From positions 496,001 through 560,000 of the forward strand of contig JALDTO010000192.1 in assembly GCA_023515725.1 (NCBI GenBank): a stretch of 64,000 bases of DNA, written 5' to 3'. The DNA is from Amoeboaphelidium protococcarum X5 (Eukaryota; Fungi; Aphelidiomycota). Under the pieces are notes generated by a model. That model was given only the letters and a program-made list of their open reading frames with translations, made no database searches and was not told the DNA's origin. The position numbers were made by a program, and so were the translations under genes. This document shows, piece after piece, positions 13,220-26,511 of this stretch (its first letter is position 1; every line of letters starts with the position of its first letter).

Positions 13220-15376
13220 TCAGTGTTAAACATTCGACGACGCATTAGCAGTAATCTCAAGAGGGATAGTCCTATTCAACATGACAGACTATGATGTCTA
13301 AAGACTTTTACCTGACAGCCACATGGACTGCTTCCGTTTGCGTCTATTTTATCTCAGTTTATAGAGACCTCCCAAGACCCCAACAATCACAACCACAGCT
13401 CCTGCTACAGTCACAAACTACAGAATCGCAGGTGAAGATGCCAGGGCTTAATTCTCAGGCGACTTATCAGTGAGACTTGAACCACCACTTATCGTAGATG
13501 TCTAGAAGCCAGAAAAAGAAACTACTGAGAATGCAAGTTAGGTAGATTGACTTCTTTAGCCAGTTACCGACGATGAATCGAAACCCACAGATTATACAGA
13601 GACACTTGCAACATCACCAATACGAGAGAAGCTTACAGAGGTAGTTGTTAACGTGGCTGAATTAGAGGATGGTGAGTACAATTCACTTACATCGCTTGGC
13701 GCCAGTTATGAGATTACCAAAGTAGATTAGACCACGTCACTGACGAAATGAGAATTTGATGCCACAGCGGCATGATTAGTTGATGTAGGGCCTATTACTT
13801 AGGACGTCGTATCCAGCGATTAAGACGCTGACCATTAAGCAGATCTTGAGGCTATTGATGACGTCGTCTCAGAGGAAGATTAGGATGCAAATGTGGTTGA
13901 CTGCGTGCGGCTCAAAGAGCTTGTACCAGCCGTTGACGTTATACTAGACGACATAACCGTAGCAGAAGCTTAAGTAGTAGCTGCAGACGAAGGCAGAGTA
14001 GTTCTTGTACTAGTTTACGTCGTTATTCTACTCGTCGGGGTAGTGGTCGTTGTTGTTGTTGTTGTTGATGTCGTTGTAGGCGTAGTAGTAGTCGTAGTAG
14101 TAGAAGTCGTCTTCGTAGTTGTTGTCGTGGTCGTTGTCGTTGTAGTGGTTGTCGTGGTTGTACTCGTCACGACATCACTATAAGTGAACGTCGCAGCTGA
14201 GCGTATATACGAAGAGACGCCAATTAAGCCTTTCCTACTACCAGAATCAATTCCAAACGATAGGACATCCCGAAATTGTAGAGTGACGCCCATATATATA
14301 TAGAAGATCTTTATTATCGAACCCGTACTGACCCCGATAAATAATAGACGACCAGACGACCCACCAGAGGCTTTCAGATCCATGACCACGATTGCGTTCG
14401 AACTTTAATCATAGTAGAGACTTTACACAATATTCGAAACACCAAAAGTGATAACTGGTGAGAAGGAAGAGCCACCGTGATAATATAACACAGCTTGTGA
14501 ATTGTGGTTGCCTAACACAAAGCACTTTGTACCAACGCATTTAAAGTCACCGACACTTTCCATTGCAATACTTGCAGAGTATTAAGAAGAGCCAAAAATT
14601 TTCTTCAATTTATGGCCATCACTTAGAAAAGATAAAATATCGCCATTGGAGTTTAGCGACTGTTATTAATATTACAAGGCATTGTACTAAGAACCAGACG
14701 CACTTGAGCTACCTGAAAACACAAAAGAGCCAATATTATACTTCACCAAAGAATAGTCTTGAATCCACGTATATCTCGTCTCTTTTTGGGGTGCATAACT
14801 GATAGCCAGCATTTGATCGCCATTTGAGACATAATATGACAAATCGAGAAGCACCACCTAAGTCTGAAGTGGCGGTAATATACATCTGGACCATTCAAAA
14901 GAAATAGGGGTTTTGGCACTTATAATGAACTTGTTTACCAAAGGAGACTGAAGAGCAGTGCATAACTCACCAAAGATGAGCAAACTTTGCGGAAATGGAC
15001 TAAGCAAACTAGTACACCACAAACTTGCGGTAGTTGCGCCAAGAAATAGCTAATCTCCATTCAGAGACACAACAGGCTCATACTCTCTACTTAGACCAGC
15101 GACAATGAACTGAAATTGTAACATCCCATCATCAGAATACTCCTCGATGAAAAGATCTGTAGCACCGCTTTATCCGATCACTTGGGTTACAGCATGATCT
15201 GTCGCCGCCAACCCAATGTATCCCTCAAAAGTGCCATACACGTAAAGCTTCTAACTAAATCCACTAAAGACTGCACCGACATTCTTTCTATCAGTCAACA
15301 CCAGTGGGCCTGCATCTACAGCAGTAGCCAACAGTGTGATTAATGTTACAACTATTGAATAAGCTGTAATCTACAT
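13220..15376 (-). CDS. Single-pass surface protein (receptor-like protein without kinase), paralogue B, ~718 aa
   Basis: Collinear with and highly similar to 9519-11678 (MQITAYSIVVTLITLLATAV...; VMDLKASGGSSGRL; poly-Thr; TM; ends ITANASSNVQH*). Confidence 0.85.
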
Positions 15377-16244
15377 CAAATATTCTTCTATTAAACTAAA
15401 AGTCTAAATACAATTGGCCAATTAATCATTAGCTGATGATAAGAGTAGGGAATTCCAAAGGTAAATGAATGAAATATCTCTATCAGAGTTATATGCTCGG
15501 CCAATTTGCTAAATATAGACTGCACACTTTAGAAATATCGAGCTATGAACATGATCAAACTCATCATCCACAACATCTTTAACTTTGCCTTTCTCAACTA
15601 CGTACAACAGATTGAGCATTCAGCGTTTATAAAGTAAGACGAACATAAACATGCTCTAAGTGATGTATTATTTTTCAGTAGGCCCAAAATAGTCTGTACA
15701 ATTCAATGAAAATGATATACACGCGTTTTATTAACTCTAACCTGAACTGATATAGATTAAGACTTGGCCATTGGAAATTGATTTTTCTCCATAATAGATG
15801 ATCTTGGTGAGTATAGTGCAATGATAAAATACTAAAGAACAGTGCATTAATCAATAGATAGTTGCAAATCTCGATCAGGTACTACTAAGTGCATGGTAGA
15901 CTTGATGACCTATGACCATACGGCATTACAGTATTTTCTCAGAACAGTACGCTGACCCTGTACTATAAAATCCTTGTCTTTACTGGCCTGCTGTAAGTAC
16001 ATTGTTTCATCGTCTGTTTCTCTCAGAGAAGATGTACTGTAACGTGTCCCATTGACTGGCTATCTAACTGACTGACTGTCTAAAAATAGACTCGAATCAG
16101 TGACGGCGATATGCAGTTGCCATAGAATTCTATCACTGATTCTTTAGTATAGTTTGGTCCTTTTTTCTCTTATATAGAAAGAAGTAATTTTTAGCTAATT
16201 TAATTTACAAAGGAGTTTGACTTGGAGACTAGAAAATCTGCTGA

Positions 16245-19200
16245 ATGATGATTATGCGATTGCCGGAGCCTCATAGAGTTGCATGGAAATCTGCAATGTG
16301 GTTATATGTTCTGATCATGTGTGCCCAGTATTAAGCTAGATGGTACAATAGAAATCCTGCTCCTGCTCCTGTGAATATGTAATTTCCTGTGGGAGTGATG
16401 AGTGATATAAGCGGATAGGATGTTGTGTATTTTCTTGGCGGATTCAATGCCTCTACGGCTGCCGGATAATTTTACATGCAGACTTACACACCGTCTACTA
16501 ACTCTTGGACTAGCGAATTGGTCGGTCTTTAATTCCCATCCGGATTTTGTATGGTGGATGGGCTGCTCTTATAGAAACGATACTGGATAATAATTGGTGG
16601 GTATTGTAGCGCATAAGTGAAGTATTTCAATGGGACTTCTATCTCATTGACTCAGCTTGATCTTGTTACTAAAGTCTTTACTGATGTTAGTGGTAACACT
16701 GCAAGCACAACGCTGCCTACCGCTAGAGTTGGCTATGGAGTGTCAAAGGTGAATGAATCTTTCGCGTACCTCCATGGCGGTAGATAGGATACTGTGCTTC
16801 TGAGTGATTTATGGTCATTTAGTTGTTTAGGAAATGATGTTGCAAGTTGTAGATTTAATCAAATTTAGCAGCAGAGTGCGCCAATATTCCGTGGATATTC
16901 CGCAATGACTCTTTTGAATAATTCTTTGATTAACTTTGGCGGGTTTAGTGCTCTTGGACCTGTAACGTATGATGGCACTGGTTGGAAATATGATCTCTCT
17001 TTGAATGTATGGAATTAAACTACCGCTGGCACCCTTCCAGCTGCAAGATATGGTTCAAGTGTCATTAACATCAATAACTAATAGGCTTTATTCTACGGTG
17101 GACGTGAGCCTAGCTGTACCGGATCAGGACTATATAGTTTTCTTTACTCGTCATCTAATAACAGTTGGCAATAATGGAGTATAAGCAGCTCCACCGTGCA
17201 ACCTGTCCAGAAAGTTGGAGCTAAATTGATGTAAATTCCTGGTTATGGAGTATTCATGTTTGGAGGGAATGCTTGTGATTTTTCAGATAATTCCATGGCT
17301 TACGTGCTAAGCGATTTAACTTATGACCGTTGGATTACAATGAAGGCTAATAGTATGATCGTATCACAGAGTAGCTAGTACATCAATATTACGCTTAATG
17401 GGTTTGGCTTCGCCTCTGATTTGGGGTGGAATGATGTGTTGTCAGTTAATGTGTACGTAACTCCATTAAATTCCTCGTAAGTGAGCTCTAACTATAGCAT
17501 ACGTGGTAATGGCTAGTCGAATGCTGTATTGTTGAGCGAAATCGCCTTCCATCCTGCTGCAAACACTAGTTCGACTCCTATATCGTGTATCATTCGGTCT
17601 AAAACATACACCTCTGTCTCATGTTAACTGGCTTACAACGGTCCTTTGTATTATGGCGCGTCGTTTGTTGCTACTCTGCTAATCTCTAATGGAACTAGTA
17701 GCTTTGACGAATGGGCATGGATTAGACAAGATTTGGTGCAAGTTTATCCTCAGTTTACAGTGCCCACTACTACTACAACTACAACTACAACTACAACTAC
17801 TACAACTACTACAACTACAACAACTACAACAACTACAACTACAACTACGACGACGACTACTACAACTACCACTACTACAACTACCACTACTACTAGTACT
17901 ACTCCTACGACGACTACTGCAACTACCACCACTACTACTACTCCTACCACCACTACTACTACAACTACAACAAGTACAACTAGTACCACTACTAGTACTA
18001 GTACGACGACTACCACTACAACAACATCAAGTACATCATCAACTCCCACAACTACATTAACAACAACTAATACTGGCACGTTAATATCCACTACGTCAAG
18101 TACAACAACATTCACTTCATCAAGCGCAGCGTAATCTACCCCGTCAAGTACAACTATAATGACTATTACCATAACTACTCCATTCGATACTCCTTCCTCG
18201 TCTACCACTTCTGTCTCTACGTCCACTGAAATGTTGTCATCTACGCTACTTACAACTTTGTCCGAGTTCTCTACTACCTCTATTAGTACTAATGGAATGG
18301 CTAATCTTTCAACCACACCTACTATGATTGATACAAGTACTTCCTCAACTGCTATAGACACTACATCCACTTCTGAATCCTCCTTGACTACTAGTTTAGA
18401 TTCTGCCTCAAATAGTTTGTCAACCGATGCTGTCCTTACTTATATGTCAATCAGTAATCTAACTTCCACTAGCGTTGAAGAATCAATATCATCAGTACAT
18501 TCTAGCTCAGTGGATTCAGTGGAAAGTGGGATCTTAACTCAGACAGAAAGTAATGAATTTTCATCAGATCGATAAATTGGTATCATTGATAATGATGTAG
18601 GCTCCTCTTCGTCAACTACGAAATGGACTTCGACATTGACTACCTAGAGACTTGGTGCTACATCAGTACTTTTGGACAATGGAGGTAATTACATCACTTT
18701 CGATTATGTTGTGGTCGTGAACGGTGTTACTAGTACTTTTAAGAGCATTCGCCCATTCACCACTCCTGATGATAGGTAGAATTAGGACAATCCTGTGTTT
18801 ACGTAGAGTACTATTCTCACTATAGCTTTGATTGGGTCTGTTTTATCAGTTCTAATGGCAGCATCCTTATTTACAGTGGCACACAGGAGAAGAGATAAGA
18901 GACAGAGACAAGGGAAATTGATGGCGATCATTGAGCAATCTCCCACACTAATGGCCACTGGACTAAGTACGACAATGGTTGAGAGTAAAGGCGTATCCAC
19001 CACTATGATTGGTGAAAGTATTGGTGAGGCTCCTACCGCGCAGCAGAAAGTCGAGTTTAAGAGCGAGTATAAGTTGCAAATGAGAAGTAAGCTTGGCAAC
19101 TCCATGTTGTCGAAGCTTGCAACGGATTTCAAGAGCCGTATGGGTACTGATCTTAGTACGATAGGAGGAAATACAACGTACATCGACCCGTCCACTAGAA

Positions 19201-20387
19201 TTGTCGCTGTGCCCGGATACATGGAATTGTCTCTGGATCAGTTTAAAATTGTCAAGACTTTGGGTAAAGGTGGAGACGGGTAGATTGATTTGGCGTTTGT
19301 ATCCGATCCTTATTTAGAAATTGCTTTAAATGAGAGGAGTGTAGTTTTTAATAAAAATTCAGAAGGCAAGTTGTTGGTTGCTATTAAGACTCTGCTGGAG
19401 AAGCCACAGTCCGCAGATGATTATGAAGAGTTAACTCCGAGGGACAAGTTCAAGCAGGAGCTCAGTATCATCAACGCATTGCAGGGTCACCCGAATATTA
19501 TTTCACTTGTAGGCTTCTAGGATAGTCCATAGATGGCGATGATAATGAAAGCATATGATGGCAGTCTATCCAAATTGATTGCAGACACTGATATTGTGGT
19601 GCTGCCAATTTTGGATCTTGCTATGCAGTTAAATGCGGCCATGATTGAAATGCACAAGAGCGGAATTACTCATTGTGATCTTAAGCCTGACAATATTCTG
19701 TTCTGTAAGACGAAGGATAAGGCGCGTCCTTTCACGCTCCATGTAACTGACTTTGGTATTTCTTAGGTGCGTCTCGCAGCAGAAAAAGTGAAGACTAGAC
19801 GTAACATCCGAGTGCCTGCTGCTTCTATCACTTATGCCTCACCAGAGATTTTGACGCGTTTTATGGGACCTGGTGATCTGGACATGCAATTGGTGGTACA
19901 GGTGACCTTGAACTCTACCAAAGAGCAGAAAAAGGTGCCTGCAGATGAAGCGAATCCATCCAGAGATATTTACGCGTTCGCTGTTATTCTGTATGAGACT
20001 GTGTCAAGAGATTTCTGCTGGAAGAAGATGTCTTCAATGGAGGTGTACGCTGCAGTGGCTATGCGCGGAGACAGACCAGAAATGCCACCGTATGGCTCGT
20101 CGCTGTAGAATGTTCTGAAGCGGTAACGAGCTGATCCATCCCTTCAACAGGCCAGTGATATTAATGGTGAGAATCCATTCTCTGCAGACGTTATCTGGAC
20201 TAATGATGAATTCTTGGCTGAGAGTTTTGAGTTGGCGGCAAAGAAGTTTGGTGTTGAGGAGCTGAAGTCGTTGCTGGATCTGATTGAGCTGTGCTGGGAC
20301 TCTGATCCAGACAAAAGGCCAACCTCAGTCTTTATTAACGAGTGGCTCATAAAAATAACATAAATGAAAGATAATAGGGGCATTTGA
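16245..20387 (+). CDS. Receptor-like protein kinase with Kelch-repeat ectodomain and mucin-like Thr stalk, ~1380 aa
   Basis: Kelch-type repeats (PTARVGYG..YLHGG, PIFRGYS..NFGG, PAARYGSS..FYGG, PVQKVGA..MFGG); poly-Thr; TM ILTIALIGSVLSVLMAASLFTVA then HRRR; kinase GKGGDG, VAIK, HCDLKPDN, DFG, YASPE, DIYAF. The start could be a later in-frame ATG (e.g. 16296). Confidence 0.9.
17767..18030 (+). repeat. (ACN)n poly-threonine coding repeat
   Basis: Long ACT/ACA/ACG/ACC run inside the kinase stalk; similar runs on the minus strand at ~10330-10480 and ~14020-14170. Confidence 0.95.
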
Positions 20388-20597
20388 ATTAGCAGCATGA
20401 ATTTAATAGAATTACGATTATATGTTTAGAAGTGAATGACTATTCTTCCCCATTTCATTTGATTGCACTGCTTTGTATTTACCGCAGGACTACCGCTCTG
20501 ATTTGTCTCTGTTGAATAAGGTTTTCTCTATCGACGCGATCAATAATCAGAGAAATTAAAATTTGATAAACATTAACACAAATACAATATATTTAAA

Positions 20598-21674
20598 ATG
20601 CCACCATCGAAAGCAGAAAAGGCAAAGAAGCAGAAGGTTGTGGATGACAAGACTTTTGGATTGAAGAACAAGAACAAGAGTAAGAAGGTGCAGCAATACG
20701 TGCAGCAGATGCAGTAGGCGGCTAATCAGGCGAACAATAAAAAGAAATAGGAAGGCCCGAGTAAGAAGGAGCTTGAGCTATAGAGGAAGTAGGAGCTCAA
20801 TGAGATATTTAAACCAGTCTAGCTTTCGCAGAAGGTGCCATTCGGTGTAGATCCGAAAACTATTCTATGTCAATTCCACAAGATGGGCACATGCACCAAA
20901 GGTAAAAACTGTAAATTCTCTCACGATCTGAATGTGGAGCGAAAGAGTGCCAAGATTGATCTGTACACCGATGCGCGTGCTTAAAGTGGCAGTGGTCAGT
21001 CAAAGAGTAAGGAGGATTTGGATAAGGAAAATGACACCATGGACAAGTGGGATTAGGCGAAATTAGAAGAGGTTGTATCGCGTAAGGCAGGCAAGAATGC
21101 TCAGCCAACGACCGATATTGTGTGCAAATATTTCATTCAGGCTGTGGAAGATAGAAAGTACGGATGGTTCTGGCAATGTCCTAATGGTATTGATTGCAAG
21201 TATAAACACGCTCTTCCACCCGGATTTTAATTGAAAGAATCTGGCAGACGCGGTAACGGTGAAGATGAAGTGGTACAGACTCTAGAGGAGTGGATTGAAG
21301 AGGAGAGAAAGCGGATGCCAACAAAGTTGACTCCTGTCACTCTCGATTCGTTCAATAAGTGGAAGTAGGACCGCCTTACCAAGTAGAAGAAGGAGTAGGA
21401 TGAACTGCGCAAGAGTAGAGAGGCTGCTATCAAGGCTGGTAAGATGATCGGTGCCAGTGGACGTGAATTGTTTACATTCAATGCTGACTTGTACCAGCGC
21501 GATGATGATGAAGACAATGACGGTGAAGTGGTTTCTTATGACTATGCCAACCGGGAAGTTGATAATACTGACGCTGATCAGGAGGAGGATGAACCGGAAG
21601 TTGATGAATCTGCATTCCAAGATTTGGATCTGTCAGAAGATGAACAAGATGCGTCTGAAAGCGATGGTTAATGA
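20598..21674 (+). CDS. TMA46: ZC3H15/Tma46 (DRG family regulatory protein 1), tandem CCCH
   Basis: [65 protein letters not shown]; ends DGQ-TGA. Confidence 0.95.
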
Positions 21675-21739
21675 ATTCATAGACATACTGTTCTTGAGTA
21701 TATTAAAAGAGAAATGATTATCCTAATTAGAGTCACGTA

Positions 21740-22228
21740 TCACTTGTCTTCTCCTTCATCTTCTTCTTACAGTTGTTAATCATCAAGCAGCTTGTGTTAT
21801 TTCAACAGCTACTACAACTCACCAGTCTCGTGCATATTGCGCAGAATATCGCTGCCTCCCACAAATTCGCCAGCAACATAAACTTGAGGGATAGTAGGCC
21901 ACTGGGAGAATAGCTTGATACCCTACCTCAGATCGGCATCATCAAGCACATCCAAAGCCTTGATCTTCTCCATAGGCACACCATTAAGATTCAAGATTTA
22001 GATGACAAGACGCGAGAATCCACACTATGGATAGGATGGAGAACCTTTCATGAAAACCACAAGGGGATTCCCGCTGACATTCTTGACAATGATGTCATGT
22101 ACGCGTCTCTCAATCTCCGGGTGTCTCTTGCTGCCCAGCAAAGCCTTCTGCGCTTCAGTCTACTGGCTGCTGTATAATCTTTGGCATTAAACGGCGCCAC
22201 GATTTATCAATCTAATCGTTCTAAGCAT
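21740..22228 (-). CDS. GRX5: Mitochondrial monothiol glutaredoxin
   Basis: Arg-rich presequence; VVFMKG..PQCGFS; [19 protein letters not shown]. Confidence 0.95.
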
Positions 22229-22397
22229 TTAATTATTTATTTAAATTAACTATAAAATTGAAATTGAAATTGTTAGCGATATAATGAATAAGGAAGTCTT
22301 CCCGTTCCCGATGATAACGAAAGATGAAGTACACCGTTTGAATTGATTACACCTGATTTGATCACACTTTGTTGATGAATAATAGAAACATTATCAA

Positions 22398-22463
22398 GAG
22401 ATCAAATTAACACTGATAATTAAGAAAGCAGAGATCAAATTAACACTGATAATTAAGAAAGCA
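22398..22463. repeat. Perfect 33-bp tandem duplication in an intergenic region
   Basis: GAGATCAAATTAACACTGATAATTAAGAAAGCA occurs at 22398-22430 and 22431-22463. Confidence 0.95.
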
Positions 22464-22730
22464 TGATATTAGAAGGCTGAAGATTCAGAATTAAAAATTG
22501 ATTTTGGGGGTTGCTTTAGTAGATTGAAGAGTTATACCACCACAAAATAGAGACCTTTATTGAATCACGCGCACGAGAGAAACCACTGGAAACGCGCGTA
22601 AGAAAGTCCCTTATCAGCTGTTATTCTCTCTGGTCATTGTTCTATTGTTGCAGCGTTCTCTCTCACTGCACTGTCATTTTAATATCTATAGTGATATTTT
22701 TATTCCCGTAATATATCTGAGTTGATTGAT

Positions 22731-24830
22731 ATGATTTGGCATTAGTAATTTTCCTGTTTTGTTGCGTTGATAGGTGCTGCTTCTTTGGCTGCCGCTGACC
22801 AATTACAGACATTGTCTCAAAAGCTGTAGTAAAAGTATGGTGTGCAATTGAATGGTAATACCACCAAGTATGATTTTGTCTTGACTGATGGCTACGCTAG
22901 TCCTGATGGTTATGAGAAGCATCTGATTCTAGTTAATGGTCAATATTCTGGACCTGCTATTCGTGTTCGCAAAGGAGATACTCTAGTGCTGAATATCACT
23001 AATCAAATGGCTTCCGGAAATAAGATTGCAATTCACTTGCATGGATTAGATTCTATTCTGACACCCCAGAATGATGGTGCTGCATTTCTGACTTAATATC
23101 CTATTTCACCTGGCTAGAGCTATGTTATCAAGCAGTATATAGTGAATGAACCTGGTGGAACTTATTGGTATCATGCTCATTTCATGCAGACTGGTGAACA
23201 GCTTTATGGTCCGATTATCATTGAAGATGATGGAAAACATCATCTGGTAGATTCTCTGGGAGAGTAATACCGTTATGATGAGGAGCGCGTCTTGATGCTG
23301 AGTGATAATTTCCATGCTAAAGAAGATGATATGACCAGCGGGTTGTTGATGACTCCTTTCAAGTGGATTGGTGATCCTCAGTCTATCTTGTTTAATGGTA
23401 AAGGCTAGTTTAATTGCTCTTCTTTATAACAGTAATAGCCCTCTACTGGTGGTGCTGGGGATTTATCCAAGTGCAATTAATCGCTTGCCACCATGGAGTC
23501 ATTTCAAGTGGAGAAGGATAAAGTGTATCGCTTTAGAATTGTTGGTGCCTCTACGCTGTCCTATTTCAAGTTGAGTATGGATTTGCATGAGATGACCATA
23601 ATCGAGGTTGATGGTATCTACGTTCAACCATTCCGAGTGACTGAACTGGAGATCAATTCTGCGCAGAGGTATTCAGTTTTGGTGCGTATGAGTGATCCTT
23701 CAGCTGCTGGTAAGTATATGATTAAAGCACAGGTTGCCTATCGTAAAGCGGGACCGATTGGTTATGCAATGTTGAGTTATAAGGATAGTGCTGCCGACAT
23801 TACATCTGTCAAAGTGGAGAGTTTATTTACTCAGAACAATACCAAGAGTGATCCTAATTGGATTCTCAGTCACCTGAAGCCAGCTATTGATCTATCTGAT
23901 GAAGCCTCAGTCTTGAAGGACTCTTCTAATATGCAGCGTATCCATTTACATATGCAGCAGAGTCTACTGCCCGTTTTGAAATCTGATGGCACCTATGAAA
24001 ATAAGACCAAATGGTTAATTAACGGTGGTGCATTTGATATGATGAGTTTGAGTGAGCCGGCTCTTCATGCTGCCTTCTAAGGTCGAGATCATATGAACAA
24101 GGTGTTGTCATCAGCTGTATCTGGTGTCCATTCCAATGGTACGTTGATGTCTGCGGAGGAGGCAATGAAGGCGGTGATATTCGAGATTGATTTTGAGAGA
24201 ACTATTGAGGTGATTTTGCAGAATACTGTGGCAATGAATGGTATATGCGAGTAGCATCCATTCCATTTACATGGGTATCACGTCTTTGATATTGCATCTG
24301 GTCCTGGTGAGTATATATTGGATAGTGCTGAGGTGGCCTAGGCTATCAATTTGCAAGATCCTCTATTTCGCGACACTGTGACGGTGTATCCTTATGAACA
24401 TGATTTTTCATCCAACTTGTTAACCAATACCACTGGTAAGCCTGGTGCACCTTGTGGCTGGAGAGTCATTAGATTTAAGGCTGATAATCCTGGTGTGTGG
24501 CCAATGCATTGTCATATTAATTCTCATATGACTATGGGTATGTCCATTCTATTCATCGATTCTTACGATTAGCTCATAGAGATGGCTCCTCTGCTTAATC
24601 TTGACGCGTCAGACGGGTCTTTGTACCAGGCTGGCTCTTTTAATGAATCCTCGGCGGTTGGGCAATAATAGAATGATGCATCACATTCACTGGGAGATTC
24701 TTTATCATCTTCATTGACAGAAGATGATTTTGTATCTGGTTCAACTTTAAGATTCTAATGTCTATCTCCTATCTACGTAGTTGGCTTGATGGTAGTACTT
24801 TGTGCATTGACATTTAATATCTTGGAATGA
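22731..24830 (+). CDS. Multicopper oxidase (laccase/ascorbate-oxidase-like), membrane- or GPI-anchored, ~699 aa
   Basis: Signal peptide; four copper motifs [28 protein letters not shown]; hydrophobic C-terminus [15 protein letters not shown]. Confidence 0.95.
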
Positions 24831-24951
24831 TCTAAGTTTATCAATTGAATAGATTTTTTTTAAAAAATTTACTTAATAATATTAATAATATATTTAATAG
24901 CTTTGAGTTCAAACATCATAAGGAGAATCATCATTCAATATTAGGCGTAGT

Positions 24952-25521
24952 TCAAATAGTATATTATTGTCCATTGGAAGTGCTGTTCAAGCCAAAGACA
25001 TTTGACGCGTTCACATCGGTGCCATTACTAGACTGGATTTGAGCTGACTAGTCAGATGCACCTTCCTCCCCCAGACATTTCTCAGTGGGGCTTGAACTAA
25101 AAATCACATCCCAGTAGCTATCATGCATTCCGACACCAACGAATTCAATGCTTTCATCTATGACCATAGATCTTGTAGATGGGGCGTTCATAATGGATGA
25201 GAACGCGTCATCGGCAGTCTAGTGACCCATTGTTAAAGCCTCAAGAGTTGCGGAGACATTTTTAAATCCGGCGGCTTCAATGCGATCTGAAACACGCTGA
25301 CCATTTAGCGAAGTTTCAAATCTATTTGCCTTAGCCATAGCTTGAGCGTACTGAGAGCCAGCATCATTAAGTTTTGCATTGAGGCACACTTCCTCCAAAC
25401 CATAATCAACACGTACAGCGTTAATCAAGCTTAGCATTTACGTAGCATCATCGGGAGCGCCGGACTGAGCATTGATTAGCGTCGACAATAGAACAGAGGA
25501 TACAGCTAATATCAATTTCAT
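24952..25521 (-). CDS. Secreted CAP/SCP (PR-1-like) protein, 189 aa
   Basis: Signal peptide; MLSLINAVRVDYGL..CLNAKLNDAG..YAQAMA; RIEAAGF; FVGVG..YW. Confidence 0.8.
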
Positions 25522-26007
25522 TTTTTTTTCTAATTGTAAGTTTCCTTAATGCAGTTTTTATAGCAGAGTTTATAAATATGAATGGTAAGAAGAAGAAGAA
25601 GTCGTATGGACTAATTGAGATTTTATGGCAAATCAGGAACGTTACATTGTGCTACTTGTTACAATCAAATGAAACAACTGATCGTACTATGTAACGCGTG
25701 ATCACTTTTTGTGTCTTCTCAAGTGTAATCAGCTAAAAACCATATCATACCACCTAATTTCTCATGGCTGTCACTCATGCGCATGATACTGAGATTGCTT
25801 TGAAAATGCTCGCCGTGATTAAGGACTCAGAGTGAAGTGCAAAACATAACTGGTAACCCAATCCAACTAAATTCGAAACTAAGTGGAAGTACCAAGTAAA
25901 TAAGTTTTATTTTCAAATTCTTTCATTTCAGAATTTCATGTAATTCATCCGTAAGTCATTCATTCTTCACTTTTCAAACCTGTCACATTAGAGCATTTCA
26001 AACACAC

Positions 26008-26511
26008 TCACTGATCACAGCAATCTTGTCCTTGATCGCCTTTATCCTTACCGCGACCGTATTCATATGAACATTTTTCAACATTGCTTCCGACAAAGTA
26101 AGTTACAACGACGCCATTCTTAAAGCCAACTCCCATGAAACGCAAGTCTTATCCAAAGCGGGCAAAGGCGGAAGTTAGAGTCTTGATTCCTTCCTTGGCC
26201 TCTTCTGGAGTCTGGACATCAGCCTGAAGCCCATAAGCGTCCTCATAACCGATGAAACCATTGACAAACATGGGTCTAGTCAGATTTCTGCCATTGTTAT
26301 TATCATAAGTTAATCCAGAGGCATAGATCTCGGCCAGTTCTTGAGCAGGTGCCATCAGTTTTCTATTCAAACAGTATGAAGATAGATTTGCAGGGCGATC
26401 AGCATTCAATAGATCGACCAGACGCTTGGCAAAGACACCTGTGTCCTTTGGGATTGCAGCAGAGTGAATCAAGGAGACTAAGGAGATCAGTAAGATAATG
26501 AAACGCATCAT
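26008..26511 (-). CDS. Secreted divergent CAP/SCP-like protein, 167 aa
   Basis: Signal peptide; LVDLLNADR..YCLNRKLMAPAQELA; LRFMGVG; TGA at 26008-26010. Confidence 0.7.

Noticed and set aside
17750-18370. Poly-Val ORFs (also 10282-10653, 7765-8037) and the LQLQ ORF 17689-18060
   Set aside because: Antisense or off-frame shadows of the poly-Thr stalks.
6090-20387. Receptor tyrosine kinases
   Set aside because: The catalytic loops are HLDLKPGN and HCDLKPDN (Ser/Thr- or TKL-type), not HRDLAARN.
22398-22463. CRISPR-like repeat (33 bp)
   Set aside because: Only two copies, directly adjacent with no spacer: a simple tandem duplication.
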